Of a stretch of DNA of 64,000 nucleotides, positions 23,425 through 37,535 are shown piece after piece; the first letter of the stretch is position 1, and each line of letters starts with the position of its first letter. The notes below the pieces were generated by a model that had not been told where the DNA came from, did no database searches, and saw nothing but the letters and a program-made list of their open reading frames with translations. This DNA comes from Chiloscyllium plagiosum (taxonomy: Eukaryota). The stretch covers positions 81,072,682 to 81,136,681 of the forward strand of contig NC_057719.1 in the NCBI RefSeq assembly GCF_004010195.1, in the 5' to 3' direction. Position numbers and translations under genes: made by a program.

Positions 23425-24065
23425 GTAAAATCCCTCCATCATAAGGTCAGAAGAGGGGATGTTCACTGATGATTGCACAATGTTCAGTGTTATTTGTGAA
23501 CTTTCAGCTACTGAAGCTGTTCATGTCCAAATGCATCAGGATCTGGATCTGGTCAGTGTCCAAAGTTGGGCTGACAAGTGGTAAAACATTCATGCCACAC
23601 AAGTGCCCGGCAAATGCCATTTCCAACAAAAGAGATTCCAATCATTGCCCCTTGACATTCAATGGCACTATTACTGCTGAATATCTCACTATCAATAACT
23701 TGGGTGTTACCATTGACCAGAAACTGAATTGGACTAGCGAGATAAGTACTGTGGCTACAAGAACAGGTCAGAAGCTGGAAGCTCTGTGGTAAGTAACGCA
23801 TCACCTAACTCCCCAAAGCCTGATTACCAGCCAGAAAGCACAATTCAGAAGTGTGTGGAGTACTCCTCAAGTGTCTGGATGGGTGCAGTTCCAGCAACAC
23901 TCAAGAAGCTTGACACCACCCAGGACAAAACAGCTAAATATTCACAGTCGTCACCGCTGAAACACAACAGCTGAGGTGTGTACAATCTGCAAGGTGCAGT
24001 GCAACCATCCATCAGGGCTCCTCAGACAGACTTTAATACACACTACCGCTATCATGTAGAAGGAC
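23425..24065 (+). mobile_element. Old LINE (CR1/L2-group) RT 3' remnant
   Basis: TFMPHKC..LTFNG..LGVTIDQKLNWTS..EYSSSVWMGAVPATLKKLD; related copies at ~51780-52650 and ~56370-59000. Confidence 0.65.
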
Positions 24066-25744
24066 ACATCTCCACGTTTGTGTTTCACTTATGCCCTGAT
24101 GGTGGAAACTGAACACAGTGCTCAAATTAACTAAAATACTTGACATCTTGGGGATAAAAGAATGGAGAATTGGTGATCCTGTAGGCATTGTGGGAATGGG
24201 GATAGATCATAGTTCACTGTAAAGCTTTCCACCAAACGGCAAGGTCCGGATTCAAATGCTAGCTCTGCAAGTGAACTGGCACTATACCCTAACTATTACC
24301 AGTCTGTGCCTACACAGAGGCAATATACCTTCCCGACCCCAGGCAAATAATTCCTATTTGAGCAAATGCAATAGATATATGTGTTTCCTTCTTGCAGTAA
24401 GATACATATAGGGCCAGATCTTCCAAGAAGTGGCAATCATAGTCAGATTGTCACTCAACTCTGATGTTTTTCAGAGCTCTACATTTCTAAATGGATGTTA
24501 CAATTAAGGATCCCTCAGAAATGTGGAGCACATTTAAATTTAACAGGTTCCTGGTCATGCACCCCACTTTCACTGCAGTAATTGCAGAATTTTGCAACTT
24601 AAATGCCCAGAGCACAGGCATCTATTGTGACAGTACCTGTGAAAGGGTAAGTATGGAATTAAGATGCCTGTAAGAGGAATGTTGAGGGTAAATTTAGGTA
24701 AGTGGGGTGGAGTGTTGTGTCTGACAAGGGAGGGATGCGTGTGCGTTTCTTTCTTTGCTTAAAGTAAATGACTATCTGGCCATTGTAAAACCCAGGTGTT
24801 CATGTTGAACTGAAAAAGCAATGTGTGTCCATCTAGATAGCTGTCAATAATACAACAGTCACTTGGAGATAGTAAGGACTGCAGATGCTGGAAGTCAGAG
24901 TTGATAAAACGTGGAGCTAGAAGGGCACAGCAGGTCAGGCAGCACTGGAGGGGGAGGGAAGTTGATATTTTGGGTTGGGACCCTACATCAGGACTGGGGA
25001 GGGGATAGGGAGCTGAGAAATAAATAGAGGGAAGGGGGTGGGGCTGGGGGAAAGTTGGGTAGGATTGTGATGGATGGATGCAGAAGGTGGTTCACTACCA
25101 CCTTGTCTGGTCTCCTGGGAATGGACAACAAACAAAATTTCGGTCAGTTTGTCATCATAGCCACCAGTGTTATGTTAACCAGTTCCTGTGGTTCTACTCT
25201 GCAGCTTAGTGTCTTCAGACACAAACGTGTTCTGTAGACATTATCAGATTGGGCTCTGGGTTGTTTAGATGGAGGGTGGCCACGAAATTCTCCTTTCAAC
25301 TTTGACAAAACAAACTGTGATCAAACTATACCAATCACAATAGCCCTACCTGCACCCACCTGTCACCATCCTACCTACCTTTCCCCCAGCCCCACTTCCC
25401 CTCCCTCTATTTATTTCTCAGCCAATTATATAACAGTTGTTGCACTCAGCAGTCAAAACATTTTGGATTCAAGACCTGCTCAAGATATGGAAATCTACCA
25501 TTGAGGCTGACATAACAGTGAGTGGGGTACACTGCGAGAAGTGTAATTTCTCAGGTGAAATGTTGAGGCATCTCTGTTGCCCTCAGTTGTGGCATCCAGT
25601 CATGGTTGATCACCCTGATGGTATGGTCAATATTTAAACCGTAACCACCAACTCGAACAGATACTCTGATCATTTATTTAATGGCTGTTTCTGAGATCCT
25701 ACTGTTTACAAATTGGCAGTTGTGCTTTCTTCGACAGACTGGGA

Positions 25745-26520
25745 GGTTTGATATATAAGGAGGGGCTGGATAGGTTGGGACATTTTTCCCTGGAGCATCG
25801 GAGGCTGACGGCTGATCTTAAAGGGGTTTATAAAATCATGAGAGGGATAGATCAGGTGAGTATTAAAGGTCTTGTCCCCAGGGGGAGGGGAATCCAAAGC
25901 TAGAGGGTACAGGTTTAAGGTAAGGGAGGAACGATTAAAAAGGGACCTGAGGGGCAACTTTTTCACTCAGAGGGTGGTGTGTATATGGAACGAGCTGCCA
26001 GAGGAAGTGATAAAGACAGTTAAAGTTATGACATTTAAACAGGTACATGGAGAGGAAATGATTGGAGGAATATGCCCCAAAATGCAGGCAAATTGGACTT
26101 GTTCGGTTTAGGAAACTTGGTCGGCATGGATGAGTTGGGCCAAAGGGCCTGATTCCATGGGGTACACCTGTATGAGTCATAGAGGGCTACAGCACGGAAA
26201 CTGACCCTTTAGTTCAACTGGTCCATGCTGAGCAGATAGCTTAAATTAAATCTAGTCCTATTTGGCCTATATCCTTTTAAACCCTTTCTGTTCTTATACC
26301 CATCCAAATGCCTTTTAAATGTTGTAATTGTACCACTTCCTCTGGCACTTCATTCCATACACACAGCAGCCGCTGCGTGAAAAAAGTTGCCTCTAGGTCC
26401 CTTTTAAATCTTTCTTCTCTTACCTGAAACCTATAACCTCTTGTTTTGGACTCCTCTACCCTGGGGAAAAGACCTTGACTATTCACCCTACCCATGCCTG
26501 TCATGATTTTATAAGCTCTA
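25745..26520. mobile_element. Two CR1 3' fragments tail-to-tail (+ 25745-26180; - 26175-26520) inside a DeuSINE-like repeat
   Basis: RLKRDLRGNFFTQRVVCIWNELPEEV on plus and the equivalent on minus; SINE tail sequence at ~25660-25730 resumes at ~26525. Confidence 0.8.
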
Positions 26521-28472
26521 TAACAGTAATTGTGCTTCAAGAGTTACTAAATTGGTTGTAAAGTGCTTCAGAGAACCCAAGGTCATGAAAAGTGTTTTGT
26601 AAATCCAAATTCATCCTTTCTATGAGTTTGTGAATAATGATAAAATATCCTCTCATGCATTTAATTTACTGATTGCATTATAGTTACTGGAACAAGCTTA
26701 TGTAGAGGATTGTGCTGGGTAGAAATGTTCAGCATGGTCCAAAGCTAACTAATCACCTCTACCACAAGTGGCAGCACAGGTGAATTTTTATAATGGTTGA
26801 CGTTTTGCCATTGTGATACTGAAAAACTGCCTAATGCCATAATGTTAATGGGAGTAAGATACTGAGGGCTATTTCATTCATTAGCAGTCCCTCAATTTAA
26901 CAATGCCATCTACACAGAGTCAAGGGTTGCTACAGTGGGCTTTCATATGACTGAACCATCTATCTACAGATCTTTGAAGCAGGATACCCCTCAGAATAGT
27001 GGGATCTGATTGAGAGATTAATTTCCTATTTTTGCCTGCTCTGCCACCATTGTATAATCAGGTGAGACATTACGACTCAAAGTATGAGTAGTCAGTTTGA
27101 ATGCTCCTCGTCATTAAAACCATTTTTGCAGTGGGCCTTTGAAGCATTTTGTTTTGTCCTCCCTGGCACACTGGCCATTTGAAAGTTGAAAAATCAAGAC
27201 TTGGCAGAGAGATGGCATCCAGAATGTATCCAGTCTGTCACAGTCGGTTTGGCAGGAGTCTTCGGGAACGGGCTGGAGGAAGGGCATTTGTTGTAAGGTC
27301 CTCCTAGTGGACCTGGATGTCATTGCCAGAGACAGTGCTAATGGAATTTCTCTCGTGCCCTTATCTGTAAATTACATTAATACTATAATACAAACTAAAT
27401 AAACCCTTGAAAAAGAACTAATTTTGTTCCGGATGTTCTCCTCTTTCCTCTGTACTTCAACTTTTTAAAATATGATTGTCTTCTTGGCATTTTAGCCTTT
27501 GTTCTACATTCATATTTATTTTTAAATCCATAGCTCATCTTTTCTTCTGTCTCTGTTCTATTCTTGGAGAAAGTGAAGCAGTTCTTCATGAGGGCGATGT
27601 CTAGAATGAGGTCATCAATTTGTGACAGGGGACTGGATAAATGTGGGTTATAAGACACGATGACAACAAGGTTATGGGGTTATTTGATTAAGGCAGTCGA
27701 AAATAATGAAATGATTTACAGGGATATTACTACTATTGTAGTAACAGGGGATGTGTTTGTAAAATTTAAAGACACGGAAAAGTAAATCCAAAAAAAGAAT
27801 CTTCATGTTTATTGGGATAGGGAATAGACCTTCCAATAGGATGAGGTCATGGTTGCAAGATCAATTTGAGCGGCTTGCAGTGATGTGGAGAAAGGGCCAG
27901 TTTTAGGATTAAAAAGGAAATGGGGTCTTCAAACAAAGCGGCAGGTTAGGTTTTCTGGAGGCAAGTGTGTATTTTTGTCCTTTGTGCACATCTGTTTGAA
28001 TCATTTTATGACACAACTACGTTTTCAAACAGTCGGAATAACACTTTTTTCTGGTTCTATCTATAATAGTAATAGTCCTAGAAAGTATCGCCTGTGTTAA
28101 GTGCTTTGCAGAAAATGTATACTTGCACCCCCAGTATTTCAGTCCAACAAGTCCCTGCCTGTGTATTTCTCCAACATGAGTCTGCTTCTCCCCCTTTTCA
28201 CTTAATCCCATCAGCATGTTGTGTCATTTCCTTTCTCTTCGTGTGCACATCTGGCTCCTTCTTGAATACACCCACCAAATTTACCTCAAATACACCTCTG
28301 GTAGAGAGCTCCACATTCTAGGCACTCGCTGGGTAAAAATATTACTTCCAAAATTCCTGTCAGATTAATGAGTGAATATTTTGGAGTTATGGCTCCCTGC
28401 ATCTGGTTTCACTACAAAGGGAAGCATTCTTTGTGTGTCTGTCAAATGCTTTCACAATCTTGAATACTTCTT

Positions 28473-29065
28473 TGAGTACAAGAGTTGGGAGGTCATGTTG
28501 TGGCTGGACAGGACATTGGTTAGGCCACTGTTGGAATATTGCATGCAATTCTGGTCTCTTCCTATCAGAAAGATGTTGTGAGAAACTTGAAAGCGTTCAG
28601 CAAACATTTACAAGGATGTTGCCAGGGTTGGAAGATTTGAGCTAAAGGGAGATGCTGAACAGGCTGGGGCTGTTTACCCTGGAGCGTCGGAGGCTGAGTG
28701 TTTACAAAATTATGAGGGACACGGATAGGATAAATAGACAAAGTCTTTTCCCTGGGATCGGGGAGTCCAGAACCAGAGGGCATAGGTTTAGCATGAGAGG
28801 GGAAAGATATAAAAGAGACCTAAGGGGCAACTTTTTCACGCAGAAGGTGGTACGTGTATGGAATGAGCTGCCAGAGGGTATGGTGGAGGCTGGTACAATT
28901 GCAACATTTAAGAGGCATTTGGATGGGTATATGAATAGGAAGGGTTTGAAGGGATATGGGCCGGGTGCTGGCAGGTGGGACTAGATTGGGTTGGGATATC
29001 TGGTCGGCATGGACGGGTTGGACCGAAGGGTCTGCTTCCGTGCTGTACATCTCTATGACTCTATG
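28473..29065 (+). mobile_element. CR1 3' fragment
   Basis: EYKSWEVMLW..LVRPLLEYCMQFWS; KRDLRGNFFTQKVVRVWNELP; tail CTATGACTCTATGA. Confidence 0.92.
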
Positions 29066-29589
29066 AGGTCACTTCCCAGTCCTTCCTTTCCAAGAAACAA
29101 GGTCCCCAGCCTGTCCAAACCTTCTGTCAGGAATAACCTCTCAAATTCCGGTGCAATTTTAGTAAGTCTTCATCCTACCTTTCCAGAAATACTCTTTATC
29201 ATTTTTTAACATGGGGGAAAAAAACAAATGTAGCCTAACAAGGGTTCAACAAAATTTTAACAATTCCTCTCTCTCACTGGAAATGCTTTTTCTTACCTGT
29301 CATTAGTAAGGTATGCCACCATTTTAATGATTCATGTACTTTATCTGTATACCTAAATCCCTGTTAATGATATTTTGTTCAAAAAAACCTTCATATTCTG
29401 AAGACTGAAGCATGACTTGCATTAAAAAAAAACAAGCTGAAAAACAAGCAAATGTTCCTCTACCTGATTTAGATACATTTCCAAAGGAGTGTGCCATCTT
29501 TGCATTCTTCTTACCAAAATGTTGCACTTTGCGCTAGCCTGTATTGAACCTTATTAACCAATTATTCATCCAATTAAGTCAGTTTGACT

Positions 29590-29852
29590 GTGGCTCAGTG
29601 GTTAGCACTGCTGCCTCACAGCACCAGGTTTGATTCCAACCTTGGGTGACTGTCTGTGTGGAGTGTGCACGTTCTGTCCGGGTGCTCCGGTTTCCCCCCA
29701 CAGTCCAAAGATGTGCAGGCCATGTTAAATTGCCCATAGTGTTAGGTGCATTCGTCAGAGGGAAGTGGGTCTGGGTGGGTTGCTGCTCGGAGGGTCGGTA
29801 TGGACTTGTTGGGCTGAAGGGTCTGTTTCCACACTGTAGGGAATCTAATCTA
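29590..29852 (+). mobile_element. HE1-like tRNA-derived V-SINE (internally deleted)
   Basis: TGGCTCAGTGGTTAGCACTGCTGCCTCACAGC head; CR1-like tail with AATCT repeats. Confidence 0.8.
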
Positions 29853-29861
29853 TTTCATCTC

Positions 29862-31570
29862 AGTCATAGAGCTGTACAGCATGGAAACAGACTCTTCGGT
29901 CCAACTCATCCATGCTGGCCAGATATTCCAAATTAAGCTAGCCCCATTTGTCAGCATTTTGCCCATATCTGTCTAAACACTTCCAATTCATAAACCCATC
30001 CAGAAATCTTTTAAAAGTAATCGTACCAGCATCCACCACTTACTCTGGAAGTTCATTCCATACAAGCACCACCCTCTGTGTGAAAGGGTTGCCCATTCAA
30101 TCTCTTTAGATCTTCCTCCCTCAGCTTAAGCCTATGCCTTCGAGTATTGGATTCCTCCGCCCTGGGGAAAAGACCTTGGCTATTCAACACATCCATGCCC
30201 CTCATGATTTCATAAACCTCTACAAGGTCTCCCCTCAGCCTCCGACGCTCCAGGGAAAACAGCCCCAGCCTATTCAGCCTCTCCCCATAGTTCAAATCCT
30301 CCAACCTTGGCGACATCCCTGTAAATCTTTTATGAACCCTTTCAAGTTTCACAACATCTTTCCTATAGCAGGGAAACCAGAATTGCATGCAATATTCCAA
30401 TAGTGGCCTAACCAATGATCTGTACAGCCACAATATGACCTCCTAACTCCTGTACTCAATGCACTGACCAATAAAGGCAAGCATACCAAATGCCTTTTTC
30501 ATTATCCTATCTACCTGCAACTCCACTTTCGAGGAACAATGAATTTGTGCTCTAAGGTCTCTTTGTCCAGCAATACCCCCCAGGACCTTACTAATAAGTG
30601 TATAAGTATTGCCTGATTTGCTTTTCCAAAATGCAGCACCTCTCATGAATCTAAACTAAACTCCATCTGCCACACCTCGGCTGATTGGCTCATGTGATCA
30701 ATTCCCTGTTGTACTCTTCGCTGTCCACTACACCTGCAATTTTAGTGTCACCTGCAAATTTACAAACTATACCTCTTGTGCTCGCATCCAAATCATTTAT
30801 ATAAATGATGGAAAGAAATGGACCCAGTGCCAAGCCTTATGGCACTGGTCACAGGCCTCCAGTCTGAAAAGCACCTCTCATCCAACACCCTCTGAGTTTT
30901 GAGCCAGTTCTGGATCCATATGGCTATTCTCCCTGTAGGTGGAGGTGGGTACTGCTGATGTTGGAGATTAGAGTCAAGATTAGAGTGGTACTGGAAAAGC
31001 ACAGCAGGTCAGGCAGCATCCGAGGAACAGGAAAATCCACATTTCGGACAAAAGCCCTTCATTCCTGATGAAGGGCTTTTGTCCGAAATGTTGACTTTCC
31101 TGCTCCTCAGATCCTGCCTGACCTGCTGTGCTTTTCCAGCACCACTCTAATCTAGACTCTATTTCTCCCTGTATTCCACATGATCTAACCTTGGTAACTA
31201 ATCTACCATGAGGAACCTTGTCGAATGTCTTACTGAAGTCCATCTAGATCACATCCACCACTCTGCCTTCATCAATCCTCTTCGATACTTCTTCAAAAAT
31301 CTCAATCAACTTAGTGAGACATTGAATGTCTCTAATCAGTCCTTACCTTTCCAGTTACATACAAATTCCTGTCACTCAGTTTCCCATTCAACAACTTGCC
31401 CACCACCAATGTCGAGTTCAATGGTCTATAATTCCCTGTCTTTTCCTTACCACCTTTCCTAAATAGTGGCATCACGTTAGCCAATCTCCAGTCTTCCAAC
31501 ACCTCACCTGTGACTATCGGTGATACAAATATCTCAGCAAGGGGCCCAGCAATCACTTCCCTAGCTTCCC
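29862..31570 (-). mobile_element. CR1 RT fragment with a palindromic mini-element inserted (~30938-31158)
   Basis: DWRLANVMPLFRKG, MDFSKTFDKVPHGRL, LVRPLLEYCMQFW; the insert is flanked by near-duplicate CTATT(T)CTCCCTGTA. Confidence 0.88.
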
Positions 31571-32059
31571 ACTCTTCTCCCGAATAACTATTCCTTCCAA
31601 TTTGCAGATTTTGAAATTATATTACTGATTCCAAAGGCAAAATTGTTTGCGTCAGTAGTGAACATTGGTTCAAGCACTGAGCCTTTGGAGACCGTCTTCC
31701 CACCATTTGCTAATCCAAGTAACAACCCATAATCCTGTTCTCTAATTTGTAACCAATTTCTAATCCAACCTGCTGTGTGTCCTCTGACTCGACACGCTCT
31801 GATCTTAATCATGTATCTTAATATAGATGCCTTCTCAGAGGCGTTTTGGAAACGTAATTATGCCTACTGCATAACCTTTACCTGCCCCGACTACTACATT
31901 ATTCAAGTCTATTTTTGCATTACTAATATAAAGGATTTGGGGAATTAGGGAACTCTGGAATTGTGTCTGCTACATATCAACTGTTAAATTGATTTGGCTT
32001 GCTTCCTTTGAAAACATGCATATATTATTTGTCTCTATGTGATCTGTCCTACAGAAGAC

Positions 32060-34620
32060 AATCATAGAATCATACAGTTCAGAAGACGGTCTTTGGCCCA
32101 TCAAGTCTGTACTAACCTATCCACACTTAGTCCCACTTTCTTGCAATAAGCTCATTGCCTTAAATGTTATGACATTTGAAGCCCTCATCAAGTACTTTTT
32201 AAGGTTTGTGAGATTTCCGAACTTAACTACCTCTCTACACAATGCATTCCAGATTTCCACCATCTTCTGGGTGAACAGAATTCCTTAAATCCCCTTTAAA
32301 CGTCTTGCCATTCAACTTATAATTATGCCCCCCGTCCCCCACTTCAACTAAAGGTAACAACTGTTCCCTGTCCATGCCCTTCAATCACACACATCTCAGT
32401 CAGGTGCCCTCAGCCTTCTCTGCTGAAAGTTGCCACCCAGGTAAATAGTGCGGTGAAGAAGGCATATGGCATACTGGCTTTTATTGATAGAGGAATTGAG
32501 TTCTGGAGTACTGAGATCATGTTGCAGTTGTATAAGACTCTGGTGCGGCCGCATCTGGAGTATTGCGTGCAGTTTTGGTCGCCATACTATAGGAAGGATG
32601 TGGAGGCACTGGAACGGGTGCAGAGGAGATTTACTAGGATGTTGCCTGGTATGGTAGGAAGATCGTATGAGGAAAGGCTGAGGCACTTGGGGCTGTTTTC
32701 ATTGGTGTAAAGAAGGTTTAGGGGTGACTTGATGATTAGGGGTTTAGATAGGGTTGACCATGAGAGCCTTTTTCCACGTATGGAGTCAGCTATTACGAGG
32801 GGGCATAGCTTTAAATTAAGGGGTGGTAGGTATAGAACAGATGTTAGGGGTAGATTCTTTACTCAGCGAGTTGTGAGTTCATGGAATGCCCTGCCGGTAG
32901 CAGTGGTGGACTCTCCCTCTTTATGGGCATTTAAACAGGCATTGTATAGGCATATGGAGGATAGTGGGCTTGTGTAGGTTAGGTGGGCTTGGATCGGCGC
33001 AACATCGAGGGCCAAAGGGCCTGTACTGCGCTGTATTTTTCTATGTTCTATGTTTCTATGTTCTATGCTCTTAAGTAAACACTCAAGCTTATCCAGCTGC
33101 TCTTCAAAGCTAAAGTGCTCCATTCCAGGGAACACCATGATGAATCTCCATTGAATCCCCTTTAGTGCAATCCTATCAGAACTACATGCACAGTTCCAGC
33201 TGTAGCCTAAGCAAAAATTCTTTACAGCTGCAATATAACCCCTCCGTTCCTATAATCTATGTCGTGACTGATACAAGACAAATTGTCCCGAAGCTGACCT
33301 GTCACCTTCAGGGATTTGCAGACAAACACTCCAAGATCCCTTTGTTCCTCTGGACATCCTAATGTCCTGTCATTCATTGAATACTTTCTTGTCTTGTTTC
33401 TTCTTCCAAAGGGCATTACCTTTCAATTTTTGGGGTTAAATTCCATCTTCCGTTGATCTTCCTTTAATCTAAGACCACCTTCTTCACTGTCAACCATCCA
33501 GCTAATGTTTGTGTCAACAGCAAATTTAATTAGCATACCTTCCACATGTTGATCTATATTACTCACATATCCCAAAGAATCAGGGACTCTGTACTGATTC
33601 CTGTGGTAAACCACTGGACACCAGCTCCAGCCACGTAAACAGCGTTCAACCACCACCCTGTATCTCCTGCCACTTAGCCAATTTTGGATCCAACTTGCCA
33701 AGTTACGCTGCATCCCAAATGCCTTTACCTTCTTTATCAGTCTCCCATGTGGAACTATGTCAAAGACCTTGCTGAAATCTGGATAAGCTACATCAACTGC
33801 ATTACCCTCATCTACACAACTGACCAACTCTTCAAAGAAAAATTCAAAATTGCATGGTATGACATCTTTCTGACAAAGCTGTGATGACTATCCCTCATCA
33901 AACCTCTAATTCCCTGTTTTATCTCTACTGCCTTTTTTGACAGGTGAAACCCCATTAGCTGTCACCCAATCCTCTGGCACTTCATCTGTGGCCAGGCAAG
34001 AACTAAAATCTGGATCAGAGTCCCTGTAATTTCCTCCCTCATCTCACACAGCAACCCAAGATACAACTCTTCTGGACCTGGGATATTTGTCCATCTTCAA
34101 GCCACCAAAACCTCACTCCCTATATCAATCTGTTCAAGAACTTCACGGTCTCTCTTCCTGAATTCTGTACCTATATCTCCTCCCAAGTGAAGACAGATGT
34201 GAAGTACTCATATAACACCCAACCACAATGTCTTCCTGCTCCACACATAAATTGCACTCTCGGTTCCTCACAGGTCCTACTTTTTCTCTAGTTATTCTCT
34301 CCCCCTTGATATAAGTTATGCAGCATAGAAACAGATCCTTCGGTCCAACTCATCTGTGCTGACCTGGTCCCACTTGCCAGATTTGGCCCATAACTTTTTC
34401 AAACCCTTCCTATTCATGTACCCATCCAGCTACCTTTTAAATGCTGTAATTATACCAGCCTCCACCACATCCTCTGGCAGCTCATTCCATATATCCACCA
34501 CCCTGTGTAAAAATTTACCTGCTCTTTTCTCTCATCTTAAACCTATGCCCTCTAGTTTTGGACTCAAGGAAAAAGACCTTGGCTGTTCACCCTATCCATG
34601 TCCCTCATGATTTTCTAAAC
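32060..34620. mobile_element. CR1 cluster: older minus-strand copy interrupted by a plus copy (32425-33065) and followed by a minus 3' fragment (34315-34620)
   Basis: VDEGNAVDVAYPDFSKVFD on minus; LVRPHLEYCVQFWSPYYRKD on plus with a (TTCTATG)n tail. Confidence 0.82.
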
Positions 34621-36425
34621 CTCAAAAAAATCTCTGATGATAGAATAGCTCAAGATTCTCCCTAATCTTACCTGCCAGTATTTTTTCATGCCTCCTCTTT
34701 TCTCTAACTGCTTTCTGAAGTTCCACTCTGCACTTGCTACACACCACTTGGGTCTCTGTTGATTTGCTCCCATTGTACCTGTTAAAAAGCCCTTCCTGTT
34801 GTTCTTATCCTGAAAATTCCTAGCCAGTCATGGTTCTTTGGGTTTATTGCTCCTACATTTCACCCTAAAGGAAAACATTTCAGGACGGTACACCTCCAAA
34901 TTCTGTTTTGAACCTCCCCACACCTTAGGCTTGTTCCCTTCAATGTTGTAACGACCAATTAATTGAACGTATAGTAAGAGACTGACTCCATCTCCCTTAC
35001 AGAGATTTACTGTTACTTTCGGAGGTGTTGTGGTGCAGCATGTAGTGTCCCCGCCTCCTGGTTCAAGTCACATTTCAAAGAATTGATGGCTAGATGTGTT
35101 GAAGATTAATTTGTAAGCCCTTCCAACATACACAAATGGCAGACAGCATGGGAAGTTCCTGGTTAACCATGCAATGAAAAGAAAATTGGAAACCATACCA
35201 TCACCAGCGATAGCCCCAGACAGTAGCCATGTAAAGGTGCAAGGTGCCACAGCAACACTCACTCCTAAGGTTGGTTCAGTTGGCTGGACAGCCAGTGTGG
35301 ATCATATTCAAACTCTGTTCTGGCTATGGTGGATTTGTGATCTGTCTCTTTTCCCTCCTCATTGTGCCTTCAGCAAAGAACTCAAGATGATTATTGAGGT
35401 GTGACTGGAGGTAGATTTATATCCTTTAGTAAATTGTGGGCAGAACCGCCACTGGGAAGGAAAGCAAGGTGTGCTGTCTAATGCAGTGCATGCTAAGTGT
35501 GGTGCACCGGCTCATCAGCAGCAGAAAGAGTCGATAATCTTAAATTCAGATTAATTAATATCAGAACTGCATGTGCCCCTTAATCAGATGAGCACGTGGA
35601 GGAGCATTAAGCAAGAGGAAAAAATGTACGTTTGAGAATTAGGTTACGACAGAATTCTCTCAGTGAAGCAGTTGATTTTTGCGGAGGTCTAATACCATGA
35701 GTGCTGAACGTCTAAGATTTAGTCTGTTAGGTCTGCAAAGGCCTTCCTTCTCTAAAATTGTTATATCTGTAAAATGAAACTGAGATTTTATGCTTGAATT
35801 TCTATAGTTTCATTAATAATGGTACGAGTAATGTGGAATGTTAATTGAGAAGAGAAACATTTGTGTTATTCGCTTTAGAGCAGAGAAAGTTCAGGATAGA
35901 TTTAATAGAGCTATTCCCAGTAATTAAGTATTGACAATGTTAATAGGGTGAAACTGTTCCTGGTAGCAGAGGCATCAGTAACCAGACAACACAAGGTATT
36001 TTCATAAAAGTACCAGATTCATAGAACCAGCAAAAAAAATATGACCTACGATTCTGTGGGTAAACAAAAGATTGAACTGTTAAAGATGGTCTCTGTAGTG
36101 AATCCTGAGATATATGTACACAATTGAAAGGTACCACAATCAAGCTCATTTAACATTTTGAGAAGGCAACTCTGAGCAGTTGCTGTTACACTTCTGAAAA
36201 CAAGAATAGGAAAAGCATCTTCCATTCAACGCAGATGAGTTTGAGAGATTGGAGGAAGGATGATGAATTTAACAGAAGGTGCATGCTTATAAGTCAGATC
36301 TTTTTGCTTTGAGAAAATTGAAAATTAGTATTGTGGTCCCAGACAGATGGGGAACGGATTACAGATGCATTTGGTAGAACCTCTTTTAAAAAGTGTCATG
36401 AGGTTATTAAATCCCAGCTCTGGCA

Positions 36426-36430
<5 letters not shown>

Positions 36431-36460
<30 letters not shown>
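36431..36460. repeat. (GA)n microsatellite
   Basis: Directly visible. Confidence 0.9.
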
Positions 36461-36464
<4 letters not shown>

Positions 36465-37220
36465 AGAGGGAGAGAAAGAAAGAGGATACTTTGTACAAGA
36501 TGTCTTCTGGGATTTTCATGTGTTCTTTCTCTTTATTATTTTTCCCTTGGTTTTTCCAAAACCACATCATAGATCACAGCAAAGCAGCTGTGAGATCATG
36601 TTCAAATAACAACCAAAATCAGTGAAAGTGGTGAAAATAGCGCTCTTTTATTCAGCAATCACAGCACAACAGGATCCCGAAATACAGTTCTTACAAGAGC
36701 TTGTTTACACAGTTCTTACATATATTAAAATTCCACTACTATGGTGTTACTTTTTTTTTTAAATCTATAGTTCACAAAAGTTTGAAGGGCTTCTGTCCTG
36801 GGAGACAGGTAATGGGTTAAAACATGTGCTAAGTGCTGGCTGTTACTTCTGATGGGATTAAGAGTATCTGTCTAGTCTGCTTTCATAATTAAGAGGAATT
36901 TGATGAAGGGCTTTTGCCCGAAACATCGATTTTTCTGCTTCTCGGATGCTGCCCGACCTGCTTTTCCTATCCAGCAGCATACTCTCAACCTATTCAGGGA
37001 TAGCTAGGCCTAAACACTGCTTGTAGCAAAGGCTGATAAAGTATGAAAATGCAGTAATGGGTTTGAAAGGGTTGTTTGAATTTGGTCTATCTCATGATAA
37101 TAAAATAGACTATAAAACTGAAGTTTTATGAATGAATGAATGAAACTATGTTATAGCAAATAACAGGTTAGTAAAGGGTTATGAATGAGTGAACAGGAAC
37201 CCAGTATTAATGAATATACT

Positions 37221-37535
37221 GAGCTGTTGAGTGAGTTAAAGATTAGATTCCCTACAGTGTGGAAACAGGCCCTTCGGCCCAACAAATCCACACCGACCCT
37301 CCAAAGAATAACCCACCCAGATGCAACCAACACACTGGGCAATTTAGCATGGCCAATTCACCTGACCTGTACATCTTTGGATTGTGGGAGGAAACCGGAG
37401 CACCCAGAGGAAGCCCACGCAGACACGGGGAGAATGTGCAAACTCCACACAGATAGTCACCTGAGGCTGGAATCGAACCCGGGTCCCTGGCACTGTGAGG
37501 CAGCAGTGCTAACCACTATGCCACTGGGGCTGCCC
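37221..37535 (-). mobile_element. HE1-like V-SINE
   Basis: Same head, body and tail as the copies at 44057 and 46872. Confidence 0.85.

Noticed and set aside
29590..29660. tRNA gene (also at the other SINE heads)
   Set aside because: The A/B-box heads continue into SINE bodies and tails; no complete cloverleaf is evident.
36325..36625. Overlapping ORFs of 81-92 aa
   Set aside because: They are driven by the (GA)n microsatellite and have no recognisable homology.
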